Made by a program: the position numbers and the translations under genes
Shown here: piece by piece, positions 40,189 through 48,957 of the stretch
How positions within the stretch are numbered: position 1 is the first letter of the stretch
How the letters are laid out: every line of letters starts with the position of its first letter
Assembly (NCBI GenBank): GCA_965250305.1
Contig: CBDFNS010000023.1
Location: forward strand, 105,346-169,345
DNA length: 64,000 nucleotides
From: Candidatus Multivoradales bacterium
GTDB lineage: Bacteria; Acidobacteriota; Thermoanaerobaculia; Multivoradales; J023
Direction: 5' to 3'
Notes under the pieces: generated by a model
Database searches by the model: none
What the model saw: the letters and a program-made list of their open reading frames with translations, nothing else
What the model was told of the DNA's origin: nothing

Positions 40189-41481
40189 ATGGTGGCTGAG
40201 AGTTTTGCAGTGCCAGCAGGGAAGGTGGCGCGCGGTACCGTGGCTGTTCCTGGCTCCAAGAGCATGACCCAGCGATACTTGAACTTGGCCTTGATCGGAC
40301 GTGCCCCGCTGGTCATACGGCGTCCGTTGCTCTCCGAGGATCCAAGACTTTTTCTCGACGCCTTGGGCGCTGTGGGTTTTGACGTGACGATCACGTCTGA
40401 TTCCGTGGTGCGCTTGGTGCCGGGGCCGGTGCCAGCGTCGGCGCGGATCTTTTGCGGCAACGGTGGCACCATGTTTCGTTTCTTGACCGCGGCACTGACG
40501 ACGGTGCCGGGCTCGTGGCGGCTGGACGGCGTTCCGCGCCTTCGAGAGCGACCGGTTACGCCGCTGGTTGCGGCGGTGCGACGTTTGGGAGCCAACATCG
40601 ATTGCCCGGAGCAACCGGGTCACGCGCCACTACAGATTCGCGGCGGTACGCTCGAAGGCGGTGTGACCGAGCTTGATGCCGGGGCATCGAGCCAGTACCT
40701 TTCGGCTTTGCTCATGGCAGCGTTGGCGGCCGCCGTTCCCACCGAAGTGATGGTTCGCACGCTCACCTCGGCACCGTATGTCGGGCTTACGTTGGCAGCG
40801 ATCGAACGTTTTGGTGGCGCCGTAGCTGTGGATCTTCGTGAAGACGGTAGCCGTTGCTATCGGGTTGTGCCGGCTAGGCTCGATGCAGGCGAAGTCGTGG
40901 TGGAGGGTGACTACTCGGCGGCGGCCTATCCTGCGGCCGCCGCTGCGCTCACCGGTGGCCCGGTGCGAATTCGCGGTCTCGAGCGCGGCTCTCGCCAGGG
41001 AGATCGACAATTCCTCGACCTGTTGGAAGACATGGGTGCTCGTGTGCGGTGGGAGGGCGACGAGCCGGTGATCGAAGCGGGTAGCCTCAACGCGGTTGAT
41101 ATCGACCTCTCGTCCATGCCGGACCAGGTACCGACCCTCGCGGCACTGGCGCCGTTCGCGCGTGGAACAACGAGGATTCGCAATGTTGCACACCTGCGGA
41201 TCAAAGAATCGGATCGCATCTTTGCCATGGCCGAGGAGCTTCGGAAAGCCGGTGCCGCCGTCAGCGAACATGCGGATGGTCTCGAGGTTGAGGGTTGCTG
41301 GGCCAAGACCGCACCGCCGACTTCGCCGGTCGTGATCAATACCCACGGTGATCACCGCATCGCCATGGCCATGGCGCTGGTAGGCCTTCGCCGACCGGGC
41401 TTGACCATTTCGAACCCGGATGTGGTCGCGAAGTCCTATCCTGATTTCTGGAACGATCTGGAGCAACTCCTCGTTGTATGA
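40189..41481 (+). CDS. aroA: 3-phosphoshikimate 1-carboxyvinyltransferase (EPSP synthase)
   Basis: Full-length EPSP synthase pattern (LPGSKS, ..GNGGT.., RIKESDRI, HGDHRIAMA); start ATG 40189 (MVAESF) is preferred over the upstream TTG of the ORF track. Confidence 0.9.
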   Translation: MVAESFAVPAGKVARGTVAVPGSKSMTQRYLNLALIGRAPLVIRRPLLSEDPRLFLDALGAVGFDVTITSDSVVRLVPGPVPASARIFCGNGGTMFRFLTAALTTVPGSWRLDGVPRLRERPVTPLVAAVRRLGANIDCPEQPGHAPLQIRGGTLEGGVTELDAGASSQYLSALLMAALAAAVPTEVMVRTLTSAPYVGLTLAAIERFGGAVAVDLREDGSRCYRVVPARLDAGEVVVEGDYSAAAYPAAAAALTGGPVRIRGLERGSRQGDRQFLDLLEDMGARVRWEGDEPVIEAGSLNAVDIDLSSMPDQVPTLAALAPFARGTTRIRNVAHLRIKESDRIFAMAEELRKAGAAVSEHADGLEVEGCWAKTAPPTSPVVINTHGDHRIAMAMALVGLRRPGLTISNPDVVAKSYPDFWNDLEQLLVV

Positions 41482-41655
41482 CCGGTGTGCGGGGTCCGGG
41501 CTCTCTTGCTTACCAGCGACGGTGACCACCAGCGGCGGTGACAATCTCATCACCTCGGTGATTGGGTCCGCAATCTGGCATCTGTGATTAAACCCAGTAC
41601 AGCTTCCCTGCGTCTAACGACTTAGTACATCCACCAACGGTCCCAGGGAGTCACC

Positions 41656-44115
41656 ATGAACCGTACCGAGATGAGGCACATGTTGCGCCGGCTGGCGCAC
41701 CGCCCCGGTTTCACCGCCGCTGCCATTTCGACCCTCGCACTCGGTATCGGCGCGACGGTTGCGATTTTTGCCGTCGTCTATGGTGTGCTCGTTCGGCCGC
41801 TGCCCTTTGCCGACACCGCGCGGTTGGTGGGCTTGTGGCACAGCGCCCCAGGCCTCGGATTCGACCAACTGAACCAGTCGTACGGCACCTACGCCCTGTA
41901 CCGAGACCGTTCCCAGACGCTCACGGATATCGCCCTTTACGATGTCGAGCCCTTCAACGTCGCCGGCACGGGCACACCGGAACGGCTGATCGGCACCCGA
42001 GCGACGGCATCGCTGTTCTCGGTGCTCGGCGTCAACCCAGCGGCCGGCCGGACTTTCAACGCCGAGGAAGACCATATGGGCGGACCGGATGTCGTGGTGC
42101 TCGGCCACGCGTTCTGGCACCGGCGATTCGGCGGCGCGGAGGATGCGATCGGTGCCGTGCTGACGATCGATGGCAAGCCTTGGGAAGTGATCGGGGTCAT
42201 GCCCGAGGGCTTCACCTTCCCGACCGAGGAAGTCGAGATCTGGGTACCACACCCAATCGACCCGAAAGAGCTTGCCGATGTGAATTTCAGCTACGACGTG
42301 GTTGCGCGCCTCGAGCCCGGCATCACGGTGGCCCAGGCGAGCGCCGAATTGGCCGCGCTGCTGCCCGAATTGCCCGCCGCCTACCCGGGGGCGCTCAGCG
42401 CGCAAATGCTCGAGCAAAGCGGCATGACCGCTTTCGCCAACCCGCTGCGCGATGATCAAGTGGGCGACGTTCGACGTCTACTATGGGTGCTACTCGCCGC
42501 CGTTGGCTTCGTGCTGTTGATCGCCTGTGCCAACGTCGCAAACCTGCTGCTCGTGCGGACCGAAGGCCGACACCAAGAGTTCGCGATTCGCGCCGCCCTG
42601 GGTGCCAGCCGCGGTCGACTGGCGCGCGGTTTGATCGGTGAGAGCTTCTTCCTGGCCGCGGTCGCCGGCACATTGGGCTTGGGCCTGGCGTGGCTCGGCA
42701 TTGGCGGCTTGCGGCTGCTCGATCCTGGCAACCTGCCGCGGCTGCACGATATTCGCATCGACGGGCCGGTGTGGTGGTTCACGCTCGCGGTTTCGGCTGC
42801 CGCCGGCTTGGCCTTCGGTGTGTTCCCCTCGCTTCGGCTGGGACATCGACTTCTCGAGGGCGGTCTGGCGGAGGGTGGCCGGGCCGGCATGACCGGGCGC
42901 AGCAGCCAACGCCTAAGGGGTGTTCTCGTGGTGACTCAGATGGCACTCGCTCTGGTTCTCTTGTTCAGCTCGGCCTTAATGTTGCGCACGTTCCAGGCTC
43001 TGCGGGGCGTCGACCCCGGCTTCGACCTCACGTCGGTCTTGACCCTACGCTTGAGCCTGCATGGCGAGCGCTACAGTGAGCCCGAGGCACGCGCACGCTT
43101 CTGGACCCGGCTGGTGGACGCCGCACGCGATCTGCCCGGCGCCGCCAACGCGGCAACCGTGCTCAACCTGCCGCTGACCGATGGCGACACCAACCCTGGG
43201 TACATCATCGAAGACTTCCCGCCGCAGCCGGACGATCCGCCGCTCGTGGCGCGGCAGAACTTCGTCACCGACGGGTACTTCGAGACCCTCGGCATTCCCA
43301 TTCTCAGTGGCCGGAGCATCGAGCGCCGCGACATCGATCAGCGCGCGCCGGCCGTGGTCGTGAGCGCTGCGTTCGCACGCCGCTTCTGGGGCGAATCGGA
43401 TCCACTCGGCAAACGGCTCAAGCGCGGCTTGCCGACGGATCAACGCGCGCCCTGGTACGACGTGGTTGGGGTCGCCGGCGACGTGCGAGACGACGATTTG
43501 AGCGGGGAGCCGGTCGAAATGGTCTACTTTCCGTTGCTGAGCCAAGAGGGCGATAGCAGCGGCTGGACTGCCTCGACCATGAGCCTGGCGGTGCGTGGCG
43601 GCGGTGCCGATCCATCGCACTTCGCACCGGCGTTGCGCGACTTGGTACGGCACACCGATCCGGAATTGCCGGTGATCCGGATGCGTACCACCGCCGAGAT
43701 CGCCCGCAACGCCATGGCGCGCACGACATTCACCATGACCTTACTGGCCGTGGCGTCGGCAATCGCCCTCGTGCTAGGCAGTGTCGGCGTGTATAGCGTG
43801 TTGGCGCATAGCGTAGCGCAGCGAACACGGGAAATCGGCGTGCGCCTGGCGCTCGGCGCGGGCCCGGGCCGGGTGCTCCGCCTGCTCTTCGGTGAAGGCA
43901 TGCGTCTGGTGTCGATCGGAATCGTGATCGGCCTGGTCGGGGCCATCGCCGTTGGCCGCGTACTTGCTTCGCTGCTGTTCGGGGTCACGGCGAGGGACCC
44001 CATGAGCCTTGCCTTCGTCGTCGCACTCTTGGCGTTGGTGGCCGCGGTCGCGTCGTGGGTGCCGGCCCGCCGTGCCGCACGCATCGCACCCACCGAGGCC
44101 TTGCGTCATCAATAG
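41656..44115 (+). CDS. FtsX-like ABC permease of the ADOP (duplicated orphan permease) family
   Basis: Hallmark N-terminus ..LRRLAHRPGFTAAAISTLALGIGATVAIFAVV..RPLPF..; two MacB-periplasmic + FtsX 4-TM modules; no adjacent ATPase; AGGGAG RBS 5 nt before ATG. Confidence 0.85.
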   Translation: MNRTEMRHMLRRLAHRPGFTAAAISTLALGIGATVAIFAVVYGVLVRPLPFADTARLVGLWHSAPGLGFDQLNQSYGTYALYRDRSQTLTDIALYDVEPFNVAGTGTPERLIGTRATASLFSVLGVNPAAGRTFNAEEDHMGGPDVVVLGHAFWHRRFGGAEDAIGAVLTIDGKPWEVIGVMPEGFTFPTEEVEIWVPHPIDPKELADVNFSYDVVARLEPGITVAQASAELAALLPELPAAYPGALSAQMLEQSGMTAFANPLRDDQVGDVRRLLWVLLAAVGFVLLIACANVANLLLVRTEGRHQEFAIRAALGASRGRLARGLIGESFFLAAVAGTLGLGLAWLGIGGLRLLDPGNLPRLHDIRIDGPVWWFTLAVSAAAGLAFGVFPSLRLGHRLLEGGLAEGGRAGMTGRSSQRLRGVLVVTQMALALVLLFSSALMLRTFQALRGVDPGFDLTSVLTLRLSLHGERYSEPEARARFWTRLVDAARDLPGAANAATVLNLPLTDGDTNPGYIIEDFPPQPDDPPLVARQNFVTDGYFETLGIPILSGRSIERRDIDQRAPAVVVSAAFARRFWGESDPLGKRLKRGLPTDQRAPWYDVVGVAGDVRDDDLSGEPVEMVYFPLLSQEGDSSGWTASTMSLAVRGGGADPSHFAPALRDLVRHTDPELPVIRMRTTAEIARNAMARTTFTMTLLAVASAIALVLGSVGVYSVLAHSVAQRTREIGVRLALGAGPGRVLRLLFGEGMRLVSIGIVIGLVGAIAVGRVLASLLFGVTARDPMSLAFVVALLALVAAVASWVPARRAARIAPTEALRHQ

Positions 44116-44148
44116 GCACTTGGTGCGCGCCCAAGCGTTTCCTCGAGA

Positions 44149-44421
44149 ATGCCAAATATGACAAGATTGTTACAGTTTCGGAACATCGAAAAAGAACCTA
44201 GAGAGGGCCAGGCCGAATCGGTGGCTGCGTTTGCGGCCAGCACTTCAACCTGTGCAATGGGGGAGCACGTCATGGTGGCTGAGGAATCGGATCGCATCTT
44301 TGCCATGGCCATGGCGCTGGTAGGCCTTCGCTGGCTGGGCATGACCATTTCAAACCCGGATGTGGTCGCGAAATCCTATCCTGATTCTTGGCACAATCTG
44401 CAGCAACTTCTCGTCGTATGA
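44149..44421 (+). pseudogene. decayed partial duplicate of aroA (leader + first 4 codons fused in-frame to two short 3' segments, 90-aa ORF)
   Basis: 44139-44285 is about 85% identical to 40061-40200. It continues with the aroA segment ESDRIFAMA (as at 41206-41233) and then MAMALVGLR...LLVV* (as at 41370-41481). The internal junction lies at a GCCATGGCC direct repeat. Confidence 0.6.
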
Positions 44422-47400
44422 CCAGTGTGCGGGAGGTCGCCCTGGAGCATTCGGCGCTGGTCGCCGAACCCGGTGGGGTGCCACTTGCGCAAGCACGATT
44501 GACGGATCAACAGCGGTTGGCGGCCGTGCTCCAGGCAGCGGCGGTGCGCGCTCACCTCGATCATGGTGGCCTGACGCTACGGGACGGATGGGGATGTGGT
44601 CGTTGGCATGCCGATGGGCGGCTCAGCGTTCAGCGCGTCGTGCCTGGTCCCGCCAACGAGTACGCCCAGGTGGCCCTAAGCCGCCTGATTCGGTTGCTGT
44701 TTCGCACCGAGATGGTTGCCGGGCGCGGAATGGCTCGAAGGGCCGCCCGCAGGCTGCTCGAGCGATGGGGTCAGTTGGTAGCGGCCGAACCCGCGGACCG
44801 GGCGGTTGCCGACGTCCTGGAGCTGGCGCCTTTTCTTTGGCAGCCTGCATTTGCCGTGGCACGGAAGGGCTTGGCGGCGCGACACGGTGCGTCCGGATTG
44901 TGGGTGGCTGGGCCGGGACGAAGCCGGCGCCGGTTGCTGGTGCCGGCCCATGATTTGGGCTCCTTGCAGACGTTGCTCGCCTCGGATGACGCCCATTCGG
45001 TTTGGTCCGGCGTGGGTGAGCCTGCAGAAGATCCCCATGACCTCCTGGCCCGCGGGCGTTACCAACAGGCACTGATTGCTTGGGAGCAGCGACCTCCGCG
45101 TGGCACGCGGTCGCGACTGGCGTGCGGGGAGGCAGCCATTGCAATGGGGCGGTATGTACACGCGCTCGAATCCCTGCGTGAGGTCCGTGGTGTGCGCGCT
45201 CGGATCCTGCGTGCACGCGCGCAGGTGGGTCTCAATGAGCTCAAGGCCGCGCGCGCGACCCTCGAACGCCTCGGAAGAGCGAACCTGACCGGGCCTGAAA
45301 CGGTTCAGGCCGCGGAAGTTGCCGTGCGGGTTGCAGGCAACCTAGGACGTCCCCAAGCGGCCGATCCGTGGGTCGCCCGTGCACGGGCGTCCGCTCGCGG
45401 TCCGTGGGCTTTGCGCGCGCGCGTCTTGGCCGCGCTGGCGGCCTGGGATCAGCGCGATTTCGTCGCCTCGAATGTCCATCTGGAAGCTTCACGAAAGGCG
45501 TCCGACGAGCCCAATCTGGCTTGGCGTTGGCATCATGCTCGGGCGCTGTGCGCCCAGAGCGAACAAAACGGTATCGAGGTCATCGAGCATGAGGCGCTCG
45601 CCCTGCGCCATGAGCGGCGCAGGCTGAGTCGCGCCTGGGCTGGGCGACTGTGGAACGGTATCGGCCACGGTCGGGTCATGATCGACGATCTTCCGGGTGC
45701 CGAGCGTGCGTTTCGGCATGCATACCACCTTCTGCGTCGTTGTGACGGACCCGCTGCACTGGCGCTTGCAGCGCCCAATCTGGCCGAGACCCAGATGCGC
45801 CGTGGTCGTTTGAGTGGGGTCGCTGGCATCCTCGAGACCTCGGTGGCCAACAATCGCAACGCTGGCAATGTCCGGGCCCTGTTCTTCGATCTCGTGCTGT
45901 GGATGCGATTTGAACTCGCGCATGGTCGTATGGCCGCAGCGATTGGTTGGTACGACGAGGTCCGGACATTGCTCGATAGCCGACCCGATGCCGGCGATGC
46001 CTCCATACCCGCCGTCATGATGGCCCGCGCCCAGGGGTGGTTGGGGCGTGCCGCGTCCGCGCGTTCTTTTCTTGACTCGGGTGGCACAAAGGCATTGGTC
46101 GAACTCGAGCCGGAGGAGCGGCCCGCGGTCCTGGCCTTGGCAGGACAGATGGATGAAAGTGAGCGTTGGGCTCACGGAACCCCCTGGGCGGCATTATGGA
46201 AAGCGCTTGCAGTGGGCCGGGCGCCGTCGCCGCGTGTCTGGGAGCTGCTCGAAAGTCTGGAGCCCTATCGTGCTGCACGGCTGGTCTTCGACTGCGAGGC
46301 CGCTCGTCCCGGAACCGTACCGGCGCATCGGATCGTACGTGCGGTTGCGGACCTGCGGGCCGCCGGTGCTGAGGGTTTGGCTGAAAGACTCGAAGGACGC
46401 TCCTTGAGTCCTTGGTTGGCAATCGAACAGTTTTTGGGCCGGGCGCCCTCAGACGGATTGGAGGAAATGGGTGCCCTGTTAGAACGAACGGGTCATTCCG
46501 GCGCCGAGATCATTTTTGTGCCGACTGGAGATCGTGAGCAAGGTCCACGAATTGTCGTTGCAGGTGTGGGTGGTCCGAAGAGCCTTGTTGCAACCGTTGC
46601 CGAAGGTGAGATTCGTCTGCGTGCGAAGCGGCTTGATCCGATGCTACGTGGATTGTTTTCGATCATTCGTCGGCACCTCGAACCAAGGGCCCGACCCGTG
46701 GCGAAGCAGGTGCCTGTTACATCAGAGTCAGGGATTCTCGGTGAAAGTGAAGTGCTCGCCCAGGCACTGAACCGGCTTCGGCGACTGGCGGTGCTCGAGC
46801 TTCCGATGCTAATTCTGGGTGAGAGTGGTACCGGGAAAGAGCTTGCAGCGCGCTTGGTACATCGAAGCAGTCCTCGGGCAGGCGAGCTGTTCGTTGCGGT
46901 GAACTGTGCTGCGCTTCCCGAAAACTTAATTTTGTCGGAGCTTTTTGGTCACGTTCGAGGTGCGTTTACTGGGGCTGATCGCGACCGGGCCGGATTCTTC
47001 GAGTCGGCGCGTGGTGGTAGCGTTTTTCTTGATGAGATCGGCGACCTGCCACTCTACGCTCAAGGGATGTTACTTCGCGTCTTGCAAGAGAGCGAAATAC
47101 GTCGGGTGGGTGAAAGTCACAGCCGTCGGGTTGATGTTCGGATCGTGGCGGCGACCCACCGGGATCTTTCCGCGATGGTCAAGGAAGGGTCGTTTCGCGA
47201 AGACCTGCTCTTTCGGCTAAAAGTTGCCTCTGTCGAGTTGCCACCACTGCGTGATCGCGGTGATGATGTATTTCTGTTGGCTGAACACTTCCTGCGTCGT
47301 CAGGCAGGTGGCCGTACGCTTCGATTGAGCAAGTCGGCACGACAGCGCCTTGGCCAGCATACGTGGCCAGGGAACGTGAGAGAGTTGGTCAATGTATTGG

Positions 47401-47642
47401 CCGTCGCGGCGGCGTTGAGTGATGACGAAGTTGTTTCCGCGGCCAGTCTCGACCTTCCGGCCGCTGCGAACCGGTCATCGGAAGGGTTCTATCATCAAGA
47501 AGTGGAATCCTTGCGGCGGCGCTTGATCGAACGAGCGCTCGATTGGACGGGGGGCAATCGGGCGGCCGCCGCACGCCGACTCGGACTCAGTCGGCAGGCG
47601 CTCTCCTACCTTGTTCGACAGTTGGGTATTTCGCGGCCATAG
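44418..47642 (+). CDS. sigma-54-dependent transcriptional activator (AAA+ sigma-54 interaction domain + Fis-type HTH) with a roughly 750-aa N-terminal helical/TPR-like domain
   Basis: GESGTGKE Walker A, GAFTGA sigma-54 contact motif, ESE..RVG arginine finger region, C-terminal AAARRLGLSRQALSYLVRQLGI HTH; start ATG 44418 overlaps the relic stop (ATGA). Confidence 0.85.
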   Translation: MTSVREVALEHSALVAEPGGVPLAQARLTDQQRLAAVLQAAAVRAHLDHGGLTLRDGWGCGRWHADGRLSVQRVVPGPANEYAQVALSRLIRLLFRTEMVAGRGMARRAARRLLERWGQLVAAEPADRAVADVLELAPFLWQPAFAVARKGLAARHGASGLWVAGPGRSRRRLLVPAHDLGSLQTLLASDDAHSVWSGVGEPAEDPHDLLARGRYQQALIAWEQRPPRGTRSRLACGEAAIAMGRYVHALESLREVRGVRARILRARAQVGLNELKAARATLERLGRANLTGPETVQAAEVAVRVAGNLGRPQAADPWVARARASARGPWALRARVLAALAAWDQRDFVASNVHLEASRKASDEPNLAWRWHHARALCAQSEQNGIEVIEHEALALRHERRRLSRAWAGRLWNGIGHGRVMIDDLPGAERAFRHAYHLLRRCDGPAALALAAPNLAETQMRRGRLSGVAGILETSVANNRNAGNVRALFFDLVLWMRFELAHGRMAAAIGWYDEVRTLLDSRPDAGDASIPAVMMARAQGWLGRAASARSFLDSGGTKALVELEPEERPAVLALAGQMDESERWAHGTPWAALWKALAVGRAPSPRVWELLESLEPYRAARLVFDCEAARPGTVPAHRIVRAVADLRAAGAEGLAERLEGRSLSPWLAIEQFLGRAPSDGLEEMGALLERTGHSGAEIIFVPTGDREQGPRIVVAGVGGPKSLVATVAEGEIRLRAKRLDPMLRGLFSIIRRHLEPRARPVAKQVPVTSESGILGESEVLAQALNRLRRLAVLELPMLILGESGTGKELAARLVHRSSPRAGELFVAVNCAALPENLILSELFGHVRGAFTGADRDRAGFFESARGGSVFLDEIGDLPLYAQGMLLRVLQESEIRRVGESHSRRVDVRIVAATHRDLSAMVKEGSFREDLLFRLKVASVELPPLRDRGDDVFLLAEHFLRRQAGGRTLRLSKSARQRLGQHTWPGNVRELVNVLAVAAALSDDEVVSAASLDLPAAANRSSEGFYHQEVESLRRRLIERALDWTGGNRAAAARRLGLSRQALSYLVRQLGISRP

Positions 47643-47811
47643 GCTTCGGCCTCCAGGAATGGGGTTAGCTTGCAAGGGCGAGGCATTCCTCGCTCACGGC
47701 CGCAAGACGAGTCTTCGTGCTCGATCAGCTTCGTGAGCGATTCAACCAATGTTTGGCCGCGTGGGGGTACCCCAACAGCATCGATGAGCGTTTGGAGCGT
47801 AAGGCCATTGC

Positions 47812-47840
47812 TTGACTTCTCCCTTGGAGTGAAATAAACA
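47812..47840 (+). promoter_or_regulatory. candidate sigma-70-type promoter for the tandem-HTH gene
   Basis: TTGACT (47812-47817) - 17 nt - TAAACA (47835-47840), 46 nt upstream of ATG 47886; by-eye match only. Confidence 0.25.
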
Positions 47841-47885
47841 TAGCCTTTCGAACTTTGTACATTGAGCAGTGACGGAGGTATTTTC

Positions 47886-48608
47886 ATGGCGAGAAAGAAG
47901 TCAACGAAGCGCGCGGCTGGTCCCAAGGCGCTTCTCACACTGACGGAAGTATCCAAGCGGACCGGCATCTCGATGCCGACTCTGCAGCGATACAAGAAGC
48001 TCTTCCAGGCACGGATTCCATCGGTGGGAAGTGGTCGATCACAGCGATACAAGCCTGAGGCGCTCGACATCTTCCGCCAGCTGAAGGAAGAGAACATCAA
48101 GAAACGCGGACGGCCGCGCAAGATCGCGTCAGCCACGCCGGCGCCCAAACCAAGACGGGTTGTTCGTGCGAAGAAGGTCACCGCACCTGCGAGCCCAAAG
48201 AAGAAGGCGCCGGTCAAGCGCGGTGGCTTGCTGACGCTGACGGAGATTGGTTCGCGGACCGGGATCTCGTATCCAACGCTCCTCCGGTATGTGAAGAATC
48301 ACATCGAACAGATACCTCACGTTGGTGAGGGCCGGACGCGGCGATACCGGGCAACGGCCGTGAAGGTTTTCGAGAAGCTTCGCGCCAAGAGTCCACGGGG
48401 ACGCGCGGCGGCCACGCCCAAACGTAAGCCAGGCCGGCCTCCGGGCCGCCCGCCCGCCACGGGTGCGAAACCCGTTGCCGCGACAAGAGATGCTGGGCTT
48501 GGCGCGCGAGTGAGGTCACTCGAAGCCTCCCATGCTCGGTTGATCAAGGCCATCGAGCGTTTGGAGAAGGCCGTCAAGCAGCCGGTGCGATTGGTTGTGA
48601 AAAGCTAG
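47886..48608 (+). CDS. DNA-binding protein with two tandem MerR/excisionase-like HTH modules separated and followed by AT-hook / Lys-Pro-rich linkers
   Basis: Internal repeat LLTLTEVSKRTGISMPTLQRYKK.../LLTLTEIGSRTGISYPTLLRYVK...; AT-hooks KKRGRPRK and KRKPGRPPGRPP; GGAGG RBS 7 nt upstream of ATG 47886. Confidence 0.6.
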   Translation: MARKKSTKRAAGPKALLTLTEVSKRTGISMPTLQRYKKLFQARIPSVGSGRSQRYKPEALDIFRQLKEENIKKRGRPRKIASATPAPKPRRVVRAKKVTAPASPKKKAPVKRGGLLTLTEIGSRTGISYPTLLRYVKNHIEQIPHVGEGRTRRYRATAVKVFEKLRAKSPRGRAAATPKRKPGRPPGRPPATGAKPVAATRDAGLGARVRSLEASHARLIKAIERLEKAVKQPVRLVVKS

Positions 48609-48662
48609 CGACGCTCCGCCTCAGACCGACGAGCGATGTACTCGCTGCGATGGCCGAACGGA

Positions 48663-48806
48663 AATCCCCCTCGATCCCCCTTTAAGAAAGGGGGAGGGAA
48701 TCCCCCTCGATCCCCCTTTAAGAAAGGGGGAGGGAATCCCCCTCGATCCCCCTTTAAGAAAGGGGGAGGGAATCCCCCTCGATCCCCCTTTAAGAAAGGG
48801 GGAGGG
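48663..48806. repeat. four perfect tandem copies of a 36-bp palindromic unit (AATCCCCCTCGATCCCCCTTTAAGAAAGGGGGAGGG) plus a degenerate fifth copy to about 48870
   Basis: Read directly; each unit contains the hairpin CCCCCTTT-AAG-AAAGGGGG; lies in the convergent intergenic region between the HTH gene and thiL. Confidence 0.85.
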
Positions 48807-48957
48807 CCGGACCCCGCAACCCGTCTTTCCCCCCTTTTCTAAAGGGGGGCCAGGGGGGATTTTCTGCCAGGCAAGCTTAGCATTCAATATCTGGCTCATC
48901 TGTAAAGATGTTGGTGGTTCTAGTGACCTAGCACCAAAAGCGGCTGGGTTCGTCTTG

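Noticed and set aside
47643-47885. Sigma-54 (-24/-12) promoter upstream of the tandem-HTH gene
   Set aside because: The closest candidate (GG...TTGCT near 47805-47815) has the wrong GG-GC spacing; a sigma-70-like TTGACT-N17-TAAACA fits better. No sigma-54 promoter called.
48663-48806. Possible CRISPR array
   Set aside because: Units are directly adjacent with no spacers and there are no cas genes nearby; it is a tandem repeat, not CRISPR.
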